A stretch of DNA of 64,000 nucleotides from Bacteriovoracaceae bacterium (GCA_048270185.1 JBLWTJ010000002.1:562443-626442); one strand, 5' to 3'; counted from the stretch's first letter, positions 17,478-28,737 are shown. A program made the numbers and translations. The notes: a model not told the origin generated them from the letters alone.

Positions 17478-19361
17478 TTAATATGCGTTTGAGTTGAGAT
17501 TAAGCGGCATATAAACAGCAACTTCTCCCCCACCTTTTGGACGTGGAAATTGAATTGTCTTTAGGTGATTGGCCACACAATTCTTAACGCTTGTTGGAAC
17601 ACCTGCATCGGCCTTTGAAACTTTAGCACGTGTCACGTTACCTGAAGCACCGATAACGAAATCCATTCCAAGAACACCTGAAATTCCCTTTTGTTGAACA
17701 TCAAGCTCTTTTTGATAGCAGTATCTAAATTGAGGAACATTCTCCATTAGAATTCTCATAATATCATTTCGGTCCATTGAACCAAGAATGACTTCACGAT
17801 AAGGAACACCTGCAATATAGACTTTCTTCTTATGAACAAGTCCGTCAGTTCCGAATGAAGATGATAGCTTTCCGCTTGTCTTACTACTTAGTGATCCAAC
17901 TTCTGCTTTTACATCGGCCTTTTGGATTTGTGCTGATTCACCAGTTGAAAGAGATGCACTATCGTCAGCAAAACTTTCACTTGCTCCATTACTTGCTTTG
18001 AATGAACTTAATGAACCACCTTTGGCCATTAGTGAATTCATCGAAGAAGTAAATGAAGTCGACTTATAAACATCGACCTTACCACGACTCTTTCTATTAT
18101 TGGCTAGCTTCTTCACTTGCGACTTCTTCTGTGTTGTACGAGCAGGCTTTGAAGCTTTCTTCTTGTCACGAACAACTTTAATATCATTTGGCTTGCCTTG
18201 TCTTGCAACACCTTTCTTAGGTGTTGAATTTGATTTAGCCTGACTATCACCCTTGCTCTTTTGTACTTTTTGAGGTTTTTCAACGTTAGACACCTCTTGC
18301 TTAATTGGTGCCTTTTTAACTTCTTTCTTCTTTACTTCGTTCTTTACAACATTCTTTTTCTTAGTTACTCGAAGCTCTTTTGGACGATAGAGAATTTTTG
18401 CAATTCTTTCTGGTACTTTTTCCTTTTCAATTTCTTTATCTACTTTGAAGTTAAGCATTCCAGCAGCGAAGACAAAGAATAAAATAAAGCAAAAGATTAA
18501 ATACTTTCTAAGCTCTTTATCACGTCTAAAGATTGGAGCGGACTTAACAATAGGCGGAGCTTCCGTTCCCCTAACAAAAACTTTTAAATTATCTTTTTCA
18601 AATAGATGAATATCATCACGACGAAGTGAATTTTTAGCATTCTTATTATTTAGGAATGTACGATGCTCAAATCCTGGTATACGTCCAACGGCAACATCAT
18701 TCTTTCTAATATCAAGAAGCTCGACTTTATCTTTCTTACCTAGGTACGGAAATTCAATATCGTTCCCCTTAGGGTTTTGCCCAACAAGATAATACTTTCC
18801 ATCCTTGTGTGGGATATAATCGAGACCTACAATCTTCCCATTAAAGAGAATTATAACTTCAGCTGCTTCCTTATCGATACTATATTTAAAGATTGGATAA
18901 ATTTCATCTGGTTCTTCAAATATATATTCCGAGAATTTAACATTATCATCAATACCAAGAGGATAGTTTACTGAGTAATCAGGATCCTTATGAATTCTCT
19001 CATCATTAAATTTTGGCTGCTTTGGTAGATTCTTAGTTACTGTTTGAGGGTGAATTAATTGTTGAGGTGGTAGAGAATTACTCATTTCAAATGTAAACGT
19101 GTAATTTCCAATTGAGATTGATTCGCCCCCTTTCAATTCACAAGTAACAATCCCTTCACCATTTACTGCAACCGGACTTTTTGTCGACATACTATAGATT
19201 ATCGTTTTATCAGAGAATTCAATTAAGCAGTGGATATCATCAATACCAGCGCCACGCATTCTCACATCACATGAATCACTCGCTCCAAGAATGATGCGAT
19301 TCTTTTGCGGTAATCGAATATCTTTTTTACCTTTTAAATAAAATGATCTTCCTTGATCCAC
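17478..19361 (-). CDS. gltG: GltG-like protein: FHA domain, single TM, Lys-rich linker, AgmX/PglI (TonB-C-like) C-terminal domain
   Basis: Degenerate FHA (ILGASDSCDV...HCLI...VNG), TM, GSMDRNDIMRIL...FRYCYQKEL...CV...IQFPRPKGGG. Confidence 0.8.
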   Translation of the reverse strand: MDQGRSFYLKGKKDIRLPQKNRIILGASDSCDVRMRGAGIDDIHCLIEFSDKTIIYSMSTKSPVAVNGEGIVTCELKGGESISIGNYTFTFEMSNSLPPQQLIHPQTVTKNLPKQPKFNDERIHKDPDYSVNYPLGIDDNVKFSEYIFEEPDEIYPIFKYSIDKEAAEVIILFNGKIVGLDYIPHKDGKYYLVGQNPKGNDIEFPYLGKKDKVELLDIRKNDVAVGRIPGFEHRTFLNNKNAKNSLRRDDIHLFEKDNLKVFVRGTEAPPIVKSAPIFRRDKELRKYLIFCFILFFVFAAGMLNFKVDKEIEKEKVPERIAKILYRPKELRVTKKKNVVKNEVKKKEVKKAPIKQEVSNVEKPQKVQKSKGDSQAKSNSTPKKGVARQGKPNDIKVVRDKKKASKPARTTQKKSQVKKLANNRKSRGKVDVYKSTSFTSSMNSLMAKGGSLSSFKASNGASESFADDSASLSTGESAQIQKADVKAEVGSLSSKTSGKLSSSFGTDGLVHKKKVYIAGVPYREVILGSMDRNDIMRILMENVPQFRYCYQKELDVQQKGISGVLGMDFVIGASGNVTRAKVSKADAGVPTSVKNCVANHLKTIQFPRPKGGGEVAVYMPLNLNSNAY

Positions 19362-19370
19362 AATATCTCC

Positions 19371-19631
19371 CTATCGAATTCGATCCAGGCCTTTCATCAT
19401 TTCGAGATGAAAATTAGGCTTTGAAGGTAGTTTATTTTTAAATTGTCTGAGATATCGACTTGAAACAGTAATTTCGCCGGGAGCTCCAAGCTCACCATCG
19501 ACACTAATTTCTTCAAGGTTGAATTTCTCAAACTTCTTATACTTATAGACAACTTTTTCTTTAACTGACTTTTGAGAAAAAGCCGATGTTGAAAGAGTTA
19601 ATACGACTAATGCGTAAAATATTTTTCTCAT
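19371..19631 (-). CDS. gltF: GltF/CglF-like small exported protein
   Basis: Signal peptide; FNLEEISVDGELGAP...F..L...NF..E pattern; lies between gltE and gltG. Confidence 0.72.
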   Translation of the reverse strand: MRKIFYALVVLTLSTSAFSQKSVKEKVVYKYKKFEKFNLEEISVDGELGAPGEITVSSRYLRQFKNKLPSKPNFHLEMMKGLDRIR

Positions 19632-20524
19632 ATAGCTATTCCCTTTACTTGCTCATAAAATGCTTTATCAACAGCACTTAAGTCTTCACTATCAAGGTCT
19701 GATTCAATCGTTTTTGCATGATCGCTCTTTAATTGCTTAAGTGAATAATAAAGAGCGATTTTCAAGCTATGAATATCAATATACCCTGGTTCCATTTCCT
19801 TAAGAATTGTATAGGCGTACTTTGGTTTCGCATCAAACAGGTACGAATAGACAAGTGAATTAATCACGTCACGATCTTTCTTATTAACATTATAAAGACG
19901 TCTTAGAAGAGCCGTTGACTTTGTATAAAGTCCATACTTTAAGTAAATATTTGAAAGGTTAAACATCGCCGTTTTATTATTGCGCTTAACAAGTAGAACC
20001 TGTTTAAATGCAGCAACTGCCTTTGCATCCTTACCTTCATCAATTGATATTACACCAATATTATTGATGGCCGGTATATACTTAGAGTCCAATGCAACAG
20101 CTTTATTAAAGTAAACCTTTGCAAGCCTCTTATTTCCAGACTTGTAAGAACAAATACCTTGCTGATTCCAATATGAAGGGTTTTTCTTATTCTTTTCAAA
20201 CATTGCATCAAGCTGTGCTAAACCTTCTTTAGTATTACCAAGGTAACAAAGGCCAACTAGTCCAGTCTCTTTTGTATCGATATCTTCAAGTTTGTTTAGA
20301 TCAACCTTATCAAGTGATTCATCTTCTAAAACATCATCAACGAGATCATTTATTAAGTGATAATCAGCTTGTGCATTATATCTAACTTGGCTCTTAGGTT
20401 TAAAGTCACTATTAGATAAGCTCTCAACAGTACTTGCATCTTCAATTTCAACGACCTTTTCTTTTTTAGATGAAGCACAAGAGAAAAGAATCCCCAGTAG
20501 GCTTAGATGAATTAAATACTTCAT
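19628..20524 (-). CDS. gltE: TPR lipoprotein, GltE/AglT-like
   Basis: Lipobox LFSC, TPRs (YWNQQG, AINNIG, MFNLS), synteny. Confidence 0.72.
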   Translation of the reverse strand: MKYLIHLSLLGILFSCASSKKEKVVEIEDASTVESLSNSDFKPKSQVRYNAQADYHLINDLVDDVLEDESLDKVDLNKLEDIDTKETGLVGLCYLGNTKEGLAQLDAMFEKNKKNPSYWNQQGICSYKSGNKRLAKVYFNKAVALDSKYIPAINNIGVISIDEGKDAKAVAAFKQVLLVKRNNKTAMFNLSNIYLKYGLYTKSTALLRRLYNVNKKDRDVINSLVYSYLFDAKPKYAYTILKEMEPGYIDIHSLKIALYYSLKQLKSDHAKTIESDLDSEDLSAVDKAFYEQVKGIAI

Positions 20525-23352
20525 TAGCGATTCCCCCTTCTATCCATTAGAACAGGCTTAGTAATATTTGGAAGATTAAGTCCATTACGAGATAACTGAC
20601 CAAAGTTTTTCGTCAGTACGTCATTCTTTTGAATTAAAGAATCTAGCTCTTTTTTTAGTTGCCTTGACTTGGCAAATAAATTTGTCGAAACATTCTTCAT
20701 ACTTCCTTTAAATGAATTAATGTATTCAGGTGACTTACCTTCAGGTGAGAACCCTGCAACATCTTGAGCAAATTTATCATAAGACTTGATAAGAAGAGAG
20801 TAACTCTTTACCATTGCTTCTCCTGATCCCATCGAAACAATCTTAGCAACATGATTCTGGATACGATCAAGACGATTAAACTTTGCTTTCATTAAATTAT
20901 TAAATGTATTTTCAGGAAATTTAAGTTCGATTGAATCGAGATAATTTACATCTGATTCAAGTTTTGAGACTTCCGATAGAGCAACTTCATCAATTGTTTC
21001 AATTGCTAGGTCTTTCTTCTTTTTAACACGACGATAAATATAACTCACTTCATTTGCGTATCGACTTGTATTACCTTGCTTTCTCGATAATTGAGCTAAC
21101 TTACCGACATATTCAGATTTTCTATATAGGTTTTTAGTATATGCATCTAAACGTTTACGATAAATTTCATCTGCTTTTGCCAATTGATTATAGTCAATAT
21201 AGTAATCAAAGATTTGTTCATATGATGAAAGTAATGTAGCTTTCTTAAATCGACACTTTGATTGAGCATCGACAAAGGACACTGCTTTATTATCTTTTTG
21301 AGTCGCAAGCCCCATGACAATGTAATTTTTTAAAAGGCCTTCCTTATTTGTATTTGAAATCTGACAAGTTTTACCAAGTAGTCTCTCTGTCAAGGCCATC
21401 CCATCGTCAACTCTTTGTCTTAAGAATAGTTCGCTAATAATACTATTAAAAGATTCATAGAACTTTGCAAGTTCAGAAATTGTCATTTCATCAATGGCAC
21501 GATCTAGCCATTTAGTCATAAGGTTAATATTTCCAGACTCATAAAAGAGAACTGCAATATTGTAAGCTGCATTCCTCTTTGCATCGGCCGTACTCTCTGA
21601 ATCTTTATAGATCATTAAATATCCTTTCAGAGCAGTAACCTTATCACCCGATTGGTTTGCCTTTTGAATATCAGAGAATTGCGCAACAAGAATGATTTTA
21701 TTTAAATGGGTGACGAAACCTCGACGTAGAGGGATGCCCTCACCTTTTAGACGTTGGACAAATGACATTAGACCAGACTTATTCTTTTGTGACTTATGAA
21801 GATCAACAATTCGACCAATCATGGCTTCATTCTTTGAAATGTTTCGAGGGTTTTCCTTCGCATAAACAAAGAAGAGATCCTCAGACTTCTTCACGTCTTT
21901 TTTCTCATTCATATAAAAAGAGAATAGCTTTTCGACGGCCTTATTCTTTTTATCCTTTGATTCTTCATGTGCAATATATGTTGAGAATACTTTCTCGAAA
22001 TATTGATCACGTACTTTTCTTGAAGTCTTTTTATCATTAAGTACGATTATCATACCTGCAAGTGATCTCTTAAAATAAACACTTTCTGCTTTATTTTGAG
22101 AAATAACTTTTTCGTACATATAGAGCGCCTGAGAATACTCGCTGGCAGCATAATAAGATTCACCAGCAAAGAATAATGCCCTTTCGCCAAGGCTTGGGTC
22201 AACTTGTTGTGAAATAAAGTAAAGTTCAGCCGCTATACGTCCTTTAAAACGCATAACTTTTGGTCTTTTCTTATTATGTGATTGGCCAAGCTCTTTTTGT
22301 AAATGAGCTGCTCTCTTTGTAACATAGAATAGTGCTTCTTTCTTTTGTTCAGGGTTTAGATTTGTTTTTGTAATAACTCGTGCATAGCGAATAAAGTTAC
22401 TGTTGTTATTATACTTGTCGTAAATTTGTAGCAGTTGGACGAGGGCCTTAGCCTTAATATCCTCATCTTGACCATTATAAGCAGAACGAAACATTCCCGC
22501 TGCTTGAGAGTACTTCTGTTTTCCTAGAAGAATCATCCCCATATCAAAGAAGTTCTTTTGTGCATTACCTTTTTCTTGGCCATAAAATTTGAGAGCTTGC
22601 TTTGTATTACCACTCTCTGCATAAAAGTAACCAACATCACGACTGGCCATATCCTTCTTATCAACATACTTTGGACTTTTAGAAAGAGCGTAAACTTCCT
22701 TCATTTGCTTGATTGCCGTACTTTTTTTACCGACACGATAATTTGACCAAGAAAGATTGTATAAATACTTTGTATACCATTTATCATCTTTAATGCGATG
22801 GATGACAGTATTGTAATATTGACGAGACTTTTTAAAGTCCCCTTCTCGGTAGTAAATATCTCCAAGAGCAAGTCTCGATTTGACTTCAATGAGATCACCT
22901 TTTGGCGATGATTTAACAGAGCGAACAAAGAGTGATTTCGCTTTACCCATATTTACGTTTTCAAGCTCATTATAAGCTAAGATATAATAGATATGAGATC
23001 TGGCACGAGCTCCAGGATTTCTCTTTAAAATTGATAGTCCAATACTTTGCGCTCGCTTGTAATACGTCTCTGAAGTCGAAAAGAATTTTCTACGATTAAC
23101 TCTCTTCTTATCTTCTGGTTTTAGTGCAAAGAAATTCTCATTTTCTTGTTCACGTAATATACGACCTTTCTCAAGATTTAACTCGGCCATGCGCAAATCA
23201 AGAGTTGCATCATTTTTTGAGTATTTCTTCATACGAGCTAATTCTTTAAGCTCTAAATCAATAACAGAAACAATCTTGTCTCTTTTAGGATTTAGTTGAA
23301 GTGCAAATGCACTAAAACTTATGAGAGAAAGTAATATTAACGATCTAATCAT
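20524..23352 (-). CDS. gltD: Large periplasmic TPR protein, GltD/AgmU-like
   Basis: Signal peptide, TPRs (LALGDIYY, LYNLSWSNY), 942 aa, synteny. Confidence 0.72.
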   Translation of the reverse strand: MIRSLILLSLISFSAFALQLNPKRDKIVSVIDLELKELARMKKYSKNDATLDLRMAELNLEKGRILREQENENFFALKPEDKKRVNRRKFFSTSETYYKRAQSIGLSILKRNPGARARSHIYYILAYNELENVNMGKAKSLFVRSVKSSPKGDLIEVKSRLALGDIYYREGDFKKSRQYYNTVIHRIKDDKWYTKYLYNLSWSNYRVGKKSTAIKQMKEVYALSKSPKYVDKKDMASRDVGYFYAESGNTKQALKFYGQEKGNAQKNFFDMGMILLGKQKYSQAAGMFRSAYNGQDEDIKAKALVQLLQIYDKYNNNSNFIRYARVITKTNLNPEQKKEALFYVTKRAAHLQKELGQSHNKKRPKVMRFKGRIAAELYFISQQVDPSLGERALFFAGESYYAASEYSQALYMYEKVISQNKAESVYFKRSLAGMIIVLNDKKTSRKVRDQYFEKVFSTYIAHEESKDKKNKAVEKLFSFYMNEKKDVKKSEDLFFVYAKENPRNISKNEAMIGRIVDLHKSQKNKSGLMSFVQRLKGEGIPLRRGFVTHLNKIILVAQFSDIQKANQSGDKVTALKGYLMIYKDSESTADAKRNAAYNIAVLFYESGNINLMTKWLDRAIDEMTISELAKFYESFNSIISELFLRQRVDDGMALTERLLGKTCQISNTNKEGLLKNYIVMGLATQKDNKAVSFVDAQSKCRFKKATLLSSYEQIFDYYIDYNQLAKADEIYRKRLDAYTKNLYRKSEYVGKLAQLSRKQGNTSRYANEVSYIYRRVKKKKDLAIETIDEVALSEVSKLESDVNYLDSIELKFPENTFNNLMKAKFNRLDRIQNHVAKIVSMGSGEAMVKSYSLLIKSYDKFAQDVAGFSPEGKSPEYINSFKGSMKNVSTNLFAKSRQLKKELDSLIQKNDVLTKNFGQLSRNGLNLPNITKPVLMDRRGNR

Positions 23353-24743
23353 TTTTCACACTCCGAACGAAGAGCAAAGACGTAATCCCCTAATTCATCG
23401 GCCCAGAATTCGCCATTAAATGACCAAAAGTACTGTTTAGAGTTTCTTTTAAGGTATTTAATATCACCTCTCTGTCCAGTATCAGTGATACCACTATATA
23501 GTCTTGCCTTTCTTGCATTTAAAGCTTCTAGTCTTAAATAACTTAGTCCAATGAATGACTTTTCAAGTTGTGCAGATGTAAGTTTAAAGATTCGTTTTAC
23601 ATATGAACCAATTAGTCTTTGCTGAAGAGTTAGAGAGTCTTTTAAGTTGATTGCTAAAATCTTACGAAGTCTACGATTCCTAACACCTTTAATTGATTTA
23701 ATTTCTCTAAGGCCATCTTTATAACTTTTAAATAATTGAATGAAAGCTGGATCCTTTTCAACATTCGCAAGGATTTGATTTGTTAATGGATCAAAGTATT
23801 TCTTTCCATCAACATAGCTATTCATAAATTTGAAATACCAATCAAGTGAGTACTTCTTAGCAATCATTTTATCGATCACTTGTTTTGACTTATCGTATGT
23901 TTTGAAATGTTCTTCAACGACATTTGACATGTCATCATATAAACATAGCTTGAAATAACTTAAAGCTTTAAGAACATTAATTTCAGGATTAACAATATAA
24001 TTTAAAACTGGAGCCTTATAAGTAACAAGCTTTCCAAGAGTTCGGTTATAATCACCTTTATAAAAACTATTCCATGCTTCTTCCGCTAAAAGCTCAGGCC
24101 AAATATAAGATCTCTTATCGATATCAATAAAAGACAATTCCGAGTCTTCCAGCTTTCTCTGTTCGTATTGGATACGAGCTATTCCTGCTTGACAGTAGTC
24201 GTGATTGATTTGTAGCTGTCTAGCTCTAACTTCATCATCACTACTTATTGATTCATCAAGACAATTCTCAAATGCACCTATTGCCCCTTTAAAACCTCTT
24301 AACATCGTAAAAGCAACACCTTCAAGATGTAGAGCAAAAGGTTTTACTGGGTGTTTAGCTGGAATTGTTCCATTTAATGTTTTTAATGACTCTTCATACT
24401 TACCTTTCTTAAGAAGTTTTTTCGCCAGAAGATACTTTAGAGTTGGTGAATCTATTTTACTTAGATAACTCTCAGGTAAGAGAATAAATTGACGGTCCCC
24501 TACTTTAGAGACAACTTCTTCAAAAAGCCTTTCAAAGTTTTTATTAGTACGACCTTTATATGTTACCAAGTATTCTTTAACATAAGGTACTGCAGTATGA
24601 TACATCTGCTTATTGATTAATTGTTGAATAATATTAGGATAGCGATCAATCCTATTTCTTGACTTAGTAAGGTCAGTCCAAATTGACTCTAATGCAAAAG
24701 CCTGACTTACTAGTAAAAATGTAATTACTGCTTTCTTAAACAC
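23349..24743 (-). CDS. gltC: GltC-like TPR protein
   Basis: WPELLAEEAW...LGKLVT...PE..VL.AL.Y.KLC; C-terminal YFWSFNGEFWADELGDY...SEC. Confidence 0.8.
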   Translation of the reverse strand: MFKKAVITFLLVSQAFALESIWTDLTKSRNRIDRYPNIIQQLINKQMYHTAVPYVKEYLVTYKGRTNKNFERLFEEVVSKVGDRQFILLPESYLSKIDSPTLKYLLAKKLLKKGKYEESLKTLNGTIPAKHPVKPFALHLEGVAFTMLRGFKGAIGAFENCLDESISSDDEVRARQLQINHDYCQAGIARIQYEQRKLEDSELSFIDIDKRSYIWPELLAEEAWNSFYKGDYNRTLGKLVTYKAPVLNYIVNPEINVLKALSYFKLCLYDDMSNVVEEHFKTYDKSKQVIDKMIAKKYSLDWYFKFMNSYVDGKKYFDPLTNQILANVEKDPAFIQLFKSYKDGLREIKSIKGVRNRRLRKILAINLKDSLTLQQRLIGSYVKRIFKLTSAQLEKSFIGLSYLRLEALNARKARLYSGITDTGQRGDIKYLKRNSKQYFWSFNGEFWADELGDYVFALRSECEK

Positions 24744-24754
24744 GTTTACATCCC

Positions 24755-25459
24755 TTAAATATCAAACTGAACAGCAAAAGTTAGATCAATATTTGAATAG
24801 TATTGATCTCCAGAGTCGGCAGTATTGATTGGTTCTGCACTATAAATAACTCCATTAATATCAGCTCTTACACTCCATGAAGTACTAACATAGAACTTAG
24901 TTGTCAGGTTCCACATTAGTCCAGTATGACTCTCACTCACTTCAGCGAATGAATTATTTGATTGTATAACCGCATCACGATTATTCGTTTCATTTAATTT
25001 TGCAAAACCAAGTCCAAGAATCCAATCAACATAGAGGATTGAATTGAAGGTATTAATTTTTGAATAGAATGGAGACCATAGGGCCATCGCGCCAATATAG
25101 TCATTGGTAATTCTTCTAAATGGAATTGAACCTCCACTTACACCATTACTTCTAACAGAAGCGGCCGTTTCATTCTCTTCACCGGAATTACTAGCATATA
25201 CAAATTCAGCACCCCATTCTTCTGAAAAGAAGTATCCTGCACGAAGTTGAATTGATGTTGAATCAACAAAGGCACCTGTTAAAGTTTTTCCAAATCCACC
25301 ACTAACGTATAAACGGTTAACTTTTTTAAATTTACGGTTTTGTAAAACATAGATTTCTTTGTCTTTATCAAGCCATGAAAAATTGTAGAGATCACTTTCA
25401 GCTGCGAAAGTTTTGAGTGTTATAAAACTTAAAAATAATACTAAGATCATCCTAATCAT
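24755..25459 (-). CDS. Outer-membrane beta-barrel, GltA/GltB/GltH-like
   Basis: IYVLQNRKF, WSPFYSKI, OmpA-type strand pattern; first gene of the glt-like operon. Confidence 0.78.
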   Translation of the reverse strand: MIRMILVLFLSFITLKTFAAESDLYNFSWLDKDKEIYVLQNRKFKKVNRLYVSGGFGKTLTGAFVDSTSIQLRAGYFFSEEWGAEFVYASNSGEENETAASVRSNGVSGGSIPFRRITNDYIGAMALWSPFYSKINTFNSILYVDWILGLGFAKLNETNNRDAVIQSNNSFAEVSESHTGLMWNLTTKFYVSTSWSVRADINGVIYSAEPINTADSGDQYYSNIDLTFAVQFDI

Positions 25460-25536
25460 TTTAGCGTCCTGCCTTTCAAATAGTTGGATTTACAGTAATT
25501 ATTTTAACATAAGATGCTAACTACTAATTAAGTCGC

Positions 25537-28500
25537 TTATTGGTGGCATAAATTTCCATACAAGCAAGATGAACAATGTTTGATCTTTTTCCCGACTAAA
25601 TCACTTAATGTTTGCCAGACATGAAAAAGGTCACTTTCCACTTCTTCAAGGCTAATTGATTTCGAAATAATCTCTTGTCGATCAAGTGCGAGAATCTTAA
25701 GTTCAATAATTTCAGGCATCTTTACCCCAAGGTTTTTCAGACCAAAAGCGTAGGTCTTTACCTGGAATAGATAAGACCTTAATTTATCCTCATCAATTAA
25801 ACCTGACTTAAAATCCCAGATTTCACATACCTGACCATCACGGTAAACTAAGGCATCAATAATTCCTGTGATCATTTGCCCGAAAAAAGAGAATTTTATT
25901 TGATGCTCACTGACTACTTCGTCCGCATTTGCCTCAGAGATGCACTTACTTACCCAGTTAATAATCTCAATCTCATCTGGTTTATTAAATTTAAGATCAT
26001 GGCCTTTGATTAGGCCTTCAATAAGATAGTGCAGACGATTTCCTCGGTCTGCATCAGAGATACCATATGCCGTTGGAGTTTCTATTTTATTATCTTGTGT
26101 GAATTGCTTAAAATCTTCTTCTAATTTTAAGACTTGGTTTAAATAGAATTTTCTCGAACAAAGAGATAGTTCTGAAAGTTTCGTTACAGATAATTCAGAA
26201 ATTAATCCCAGCTGAATACTTTCTTGTGTATTTTTAACTCCAAGTGCATCTAAGAAATAAATCGGCGGGCGAACACTTTCTTGTACAGTATAGTCTAAAT
26301 CAAATACTTCTGCTTCGACTTCACTTGTACGACAATTCCTTAAAGGAACGATCCAGCTATTATCTGAGAACTTACACTCTTTTCCATTTAAACTTATATC
26401 AAAGTAATCAATATTTTCTACCGAACGGGTACAGGCAACATAGAAAAGTCTCTTAGATTCAGAAAATTCTTTTTGCTTTTTAATTAGTCGTTCGAGAATA
26501 AGATTTGGTGAATTATAAAGCTTCTTTGTGTTTATATCAGAACTCCACGACAGAGCTCCAGGAAGAGTTCCAAATTTGCCAGTATCAGGAACAGAACGAC
26601 CATTTGAATGAATTCCACCAAGAATAATATGCTCAAACTCAAGACCTTTTGAAGCGTGAGTTGTCATAATTCTCACTTTTGGTTTTGAAAGATATGAGAA
26701 ACTTGCACTATATGAGTCAGACTCTAGAGTTTTTAAAATCTTATAAATTTGATTAATATCACCCTTGGCCCCGCCAATGATTCCATTAATTTTTTCAGAG
26801 TTATTCTTATAGGCAGAGCTTGATAAGCCTAATTTAAAAATATAAGACCAAAAGGAATATTCGACATTACTATTTTCATAAGTGTTACGAGCAATGATTA
26901 AATCAGCAGTTTCAGCTTTCGCAATACTTTTATAGAAGTGGCTACAAACACCTTCAATGATGAAATTATAATAGCGTGTAATCGCTTCAAGTCTTTTACT
27001 ATCGGCGCCTTCTTTAACTGATTCAATTAAGAAATTTATATAGGCCTTAAAAATAATAATCAGAGGATCTTCACCGTATGGAATTTTAACTTGTGCAACA
27101 AATGGAATTCCATCTCTCATTAAGTTCGAAATTAATTGTTTCGATGGAGCAAGTGTACGATAGAGAATACAGATCTCACTATTTGGATCATTGGCCAATT
27201 TCTTTTGAATTAATTGATTAATGGCCTCTGCTTCAATATTGTCATAAACAGTTGATGATCGTGTTGATGACTCTAGTTCTAAATCAATCTTGTGAGAGGT
27301 TACCTTACCAAGTCCTTGTGTTTTTACATCTGATGGAAACTTCTGGTAATCAACTTTCACACTAAATTGGTCTCTTCCTGTATAGCTTTCACCAAGAGCG
27401 AAGATCGCATCAAAGAAGTGATTATTAAAATTGACAACAACTTCTTCAGATCTGTAATTGTTAGACATTTGGAGACTTTGAGGTATGACTTTTTCTGTCT
27501 GATTAAAAACAGCAATCTCACCACCTCTAAAGCCATAAATGGCCTGTTTTCTATCTCCTACACACATCAGGCGATTAAAATCAGCTCCTATCACATGCTT
27601 AATAATTTGATATTGCCCAGGAGAAGTATCTTGGTATTCATCGACAATTATATAATCAAAGTTTTCTTGAGCGAGTCTTCTTGATTCCTCTGAATGTTCA
27701 AGTGATTTAAGAGTAAGGTACTCGATATCTGAAAAATCTATTCCTGGATAATTATAATAATGCTCTTCAATATAGTTAAATAACTCTTTATAAAGTACCA
27801 GCCACTCTTTGTAGACATCAGTTGAAGCGAAGAATTGATCATAATTTTCCATATTCTTATCAACAAACTTCAACAGTTCATTGCAACTTAATATTAAGTC
27901 CCCAACTTCGACAGGAATACCTTTTGAACGTGTTGGTTTACTTGCCTTATAAGTAATTGCAAAATTCTTAATATTATCCCAAGAATAATTTCTTGAACTA
28001 AAGTAATTCTCAGAAGCAGCCAGTTTCTTCCACCAGGCCTTCTTTGCATGCTCATCAGAATATGTGTCACTTGAATAATGATTATCAAAAACATCTTTTA
28101 CACCTAAAAGACTTAGAACATTTTCAAAATAACTTAATTCATTAAACTCGAGATTTTCAACATCGATCTCAAGCCACTCGTAACGTAATTCGGGGCTGGC
28201 AAATACATATTGCATTGATGAGATAAGAGCATCAATATTTTTAAGAAAGATTTCGATACGTGGATTATTTATATTACGATTAAACCACTGCTTCGTTAAC
28301 TCCTCGATTTTCACATTAATTTTAAAACGATCAACAATATCGAGATTTGCAGGTGCACCAAAAATATAACCACGTTTAATAAGCTTAAGACAGAAACTAT
28401 GAATTGTAGAAATCCCTAAAGACTCCAATGCTTCATCAATGACCTTCTTCTTTTGTAAATCTTCTTCTTTACTAAATCGATCATACATTCTGGCCTGTAA

Positions 28501-28737
28501 CTCTCCAGCTGCTTCCTTCGTAAATGTCATCACCACGATTTTAGAAAGATAAGCTTTAAGGGCCAGTGAGATTTCTAAGTGACTTAGATGAGCTAGTGAT
28601 TCATATTTTTCTTCAATTAAATATGCAAGGTGTTCGATGATAACACGAGTCTTTCCAGAGCCTGCTCCGGCATTAAGTAGAACTCCACCACTATGTTTAA
28701 CTGCTTTTTCTTGTTCAGCATTTAGTTGAATGGCCAT
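25537..28737 (-). CDS. addA: UvrD-type helicase with C-terminal PD-(D/E)xK nuclease (AddA-like)
   Basis: AGAGSGKT, DEYQDT, VGDRKQAIYGFRG, NYRS, HASKGLEF, YVACTR; nuclease GIID...DFKSG...Q..Y. Confidence 0.88.
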   Translation of the reverse strand: MAIQLNAEQEKAVKHSGGVLLNAGAGSGKTRVIIEHLAYLIEEKYESLAHLSHLEISLALKAYLSKIVVMTFTKEAAGELQARMYDRFSKEEDLQKKKVIDEALESLGISTIHSFCLKLIKRGYIFGAPANLDIVDRFKINVKIEELTKQWFNRNINNPRIEIFLKNIDALISSMQYVFASPELRYEWLEIDVENLEFNELSYFENVLSLLGVKDVFDNHYSSDTYSDEHAKKAWWKKLAASENYFSSRNYSWDNIKNFAITYKASKPTRSKGIPVEVGDLILSCNELLKFVDKNMENYDQFFASTDVYKEWLVLYKELFNYIEEHYYNYPGIDFSDIEYLTLKSLEHSEESRRLAQENFDYIIVDEYQDTSPGQYQIIKHVIGADFNRLMCVGDRKQAIYGFRGGEIAVFNQTEKVIPQSLQMSNNYRSEEVVVNFNNHFFDAIFALGESYTGRDQFSVKVDYQKFPSDVKTQGLGKVTSHKIDLELESSTRSSTVYDNIEAEAINQLIQKKLANDPNSEICILYRTLAPSKQLISNLMRDGIPFVAQVKIPYGEDPLIIIFKAYINFLIESVKEGADSKRLEAITRYYNFIIEGVCSHFYKSIAKAETADLIIARNTYENSNVEYSFWSYIFKLGLSSSAYKNNSEKINGIIGGAKGDINQIYKILKTLESDSYSASFSYLSKPKVRIMTTHASKGLEFEHIILGGIHSNGRSVPDTGKFGTLPGALSWSSDINTKKLYNSPNLILERLIKKQKEFSESKRLFYVACTRSVENIDYFDISLNGKECKFSDNSWIVPLRNCRTSEVEAEVFDLDYTVQESVRPPIYFLDALGVKNTQESIQLGLISELSVTKLSELSLCSRKFYLNQVLKLEEDFKQFTQDNKIETPTAYGISDADRGNRLHYLIEGLIKGHDLKFNKPDEIEIINWVSKCISEANADEVVSEHQIKFSFFGQMITGIIDALVYRDGQVCEIWDFKSGLIDEDKLRSYLFQVKTYAFGLKNLGVKMPEIIELKILALDRQEIISKSISLEEVESDLFHVWQTLSDLVGKKIKHCSSCLYGNLCHQ

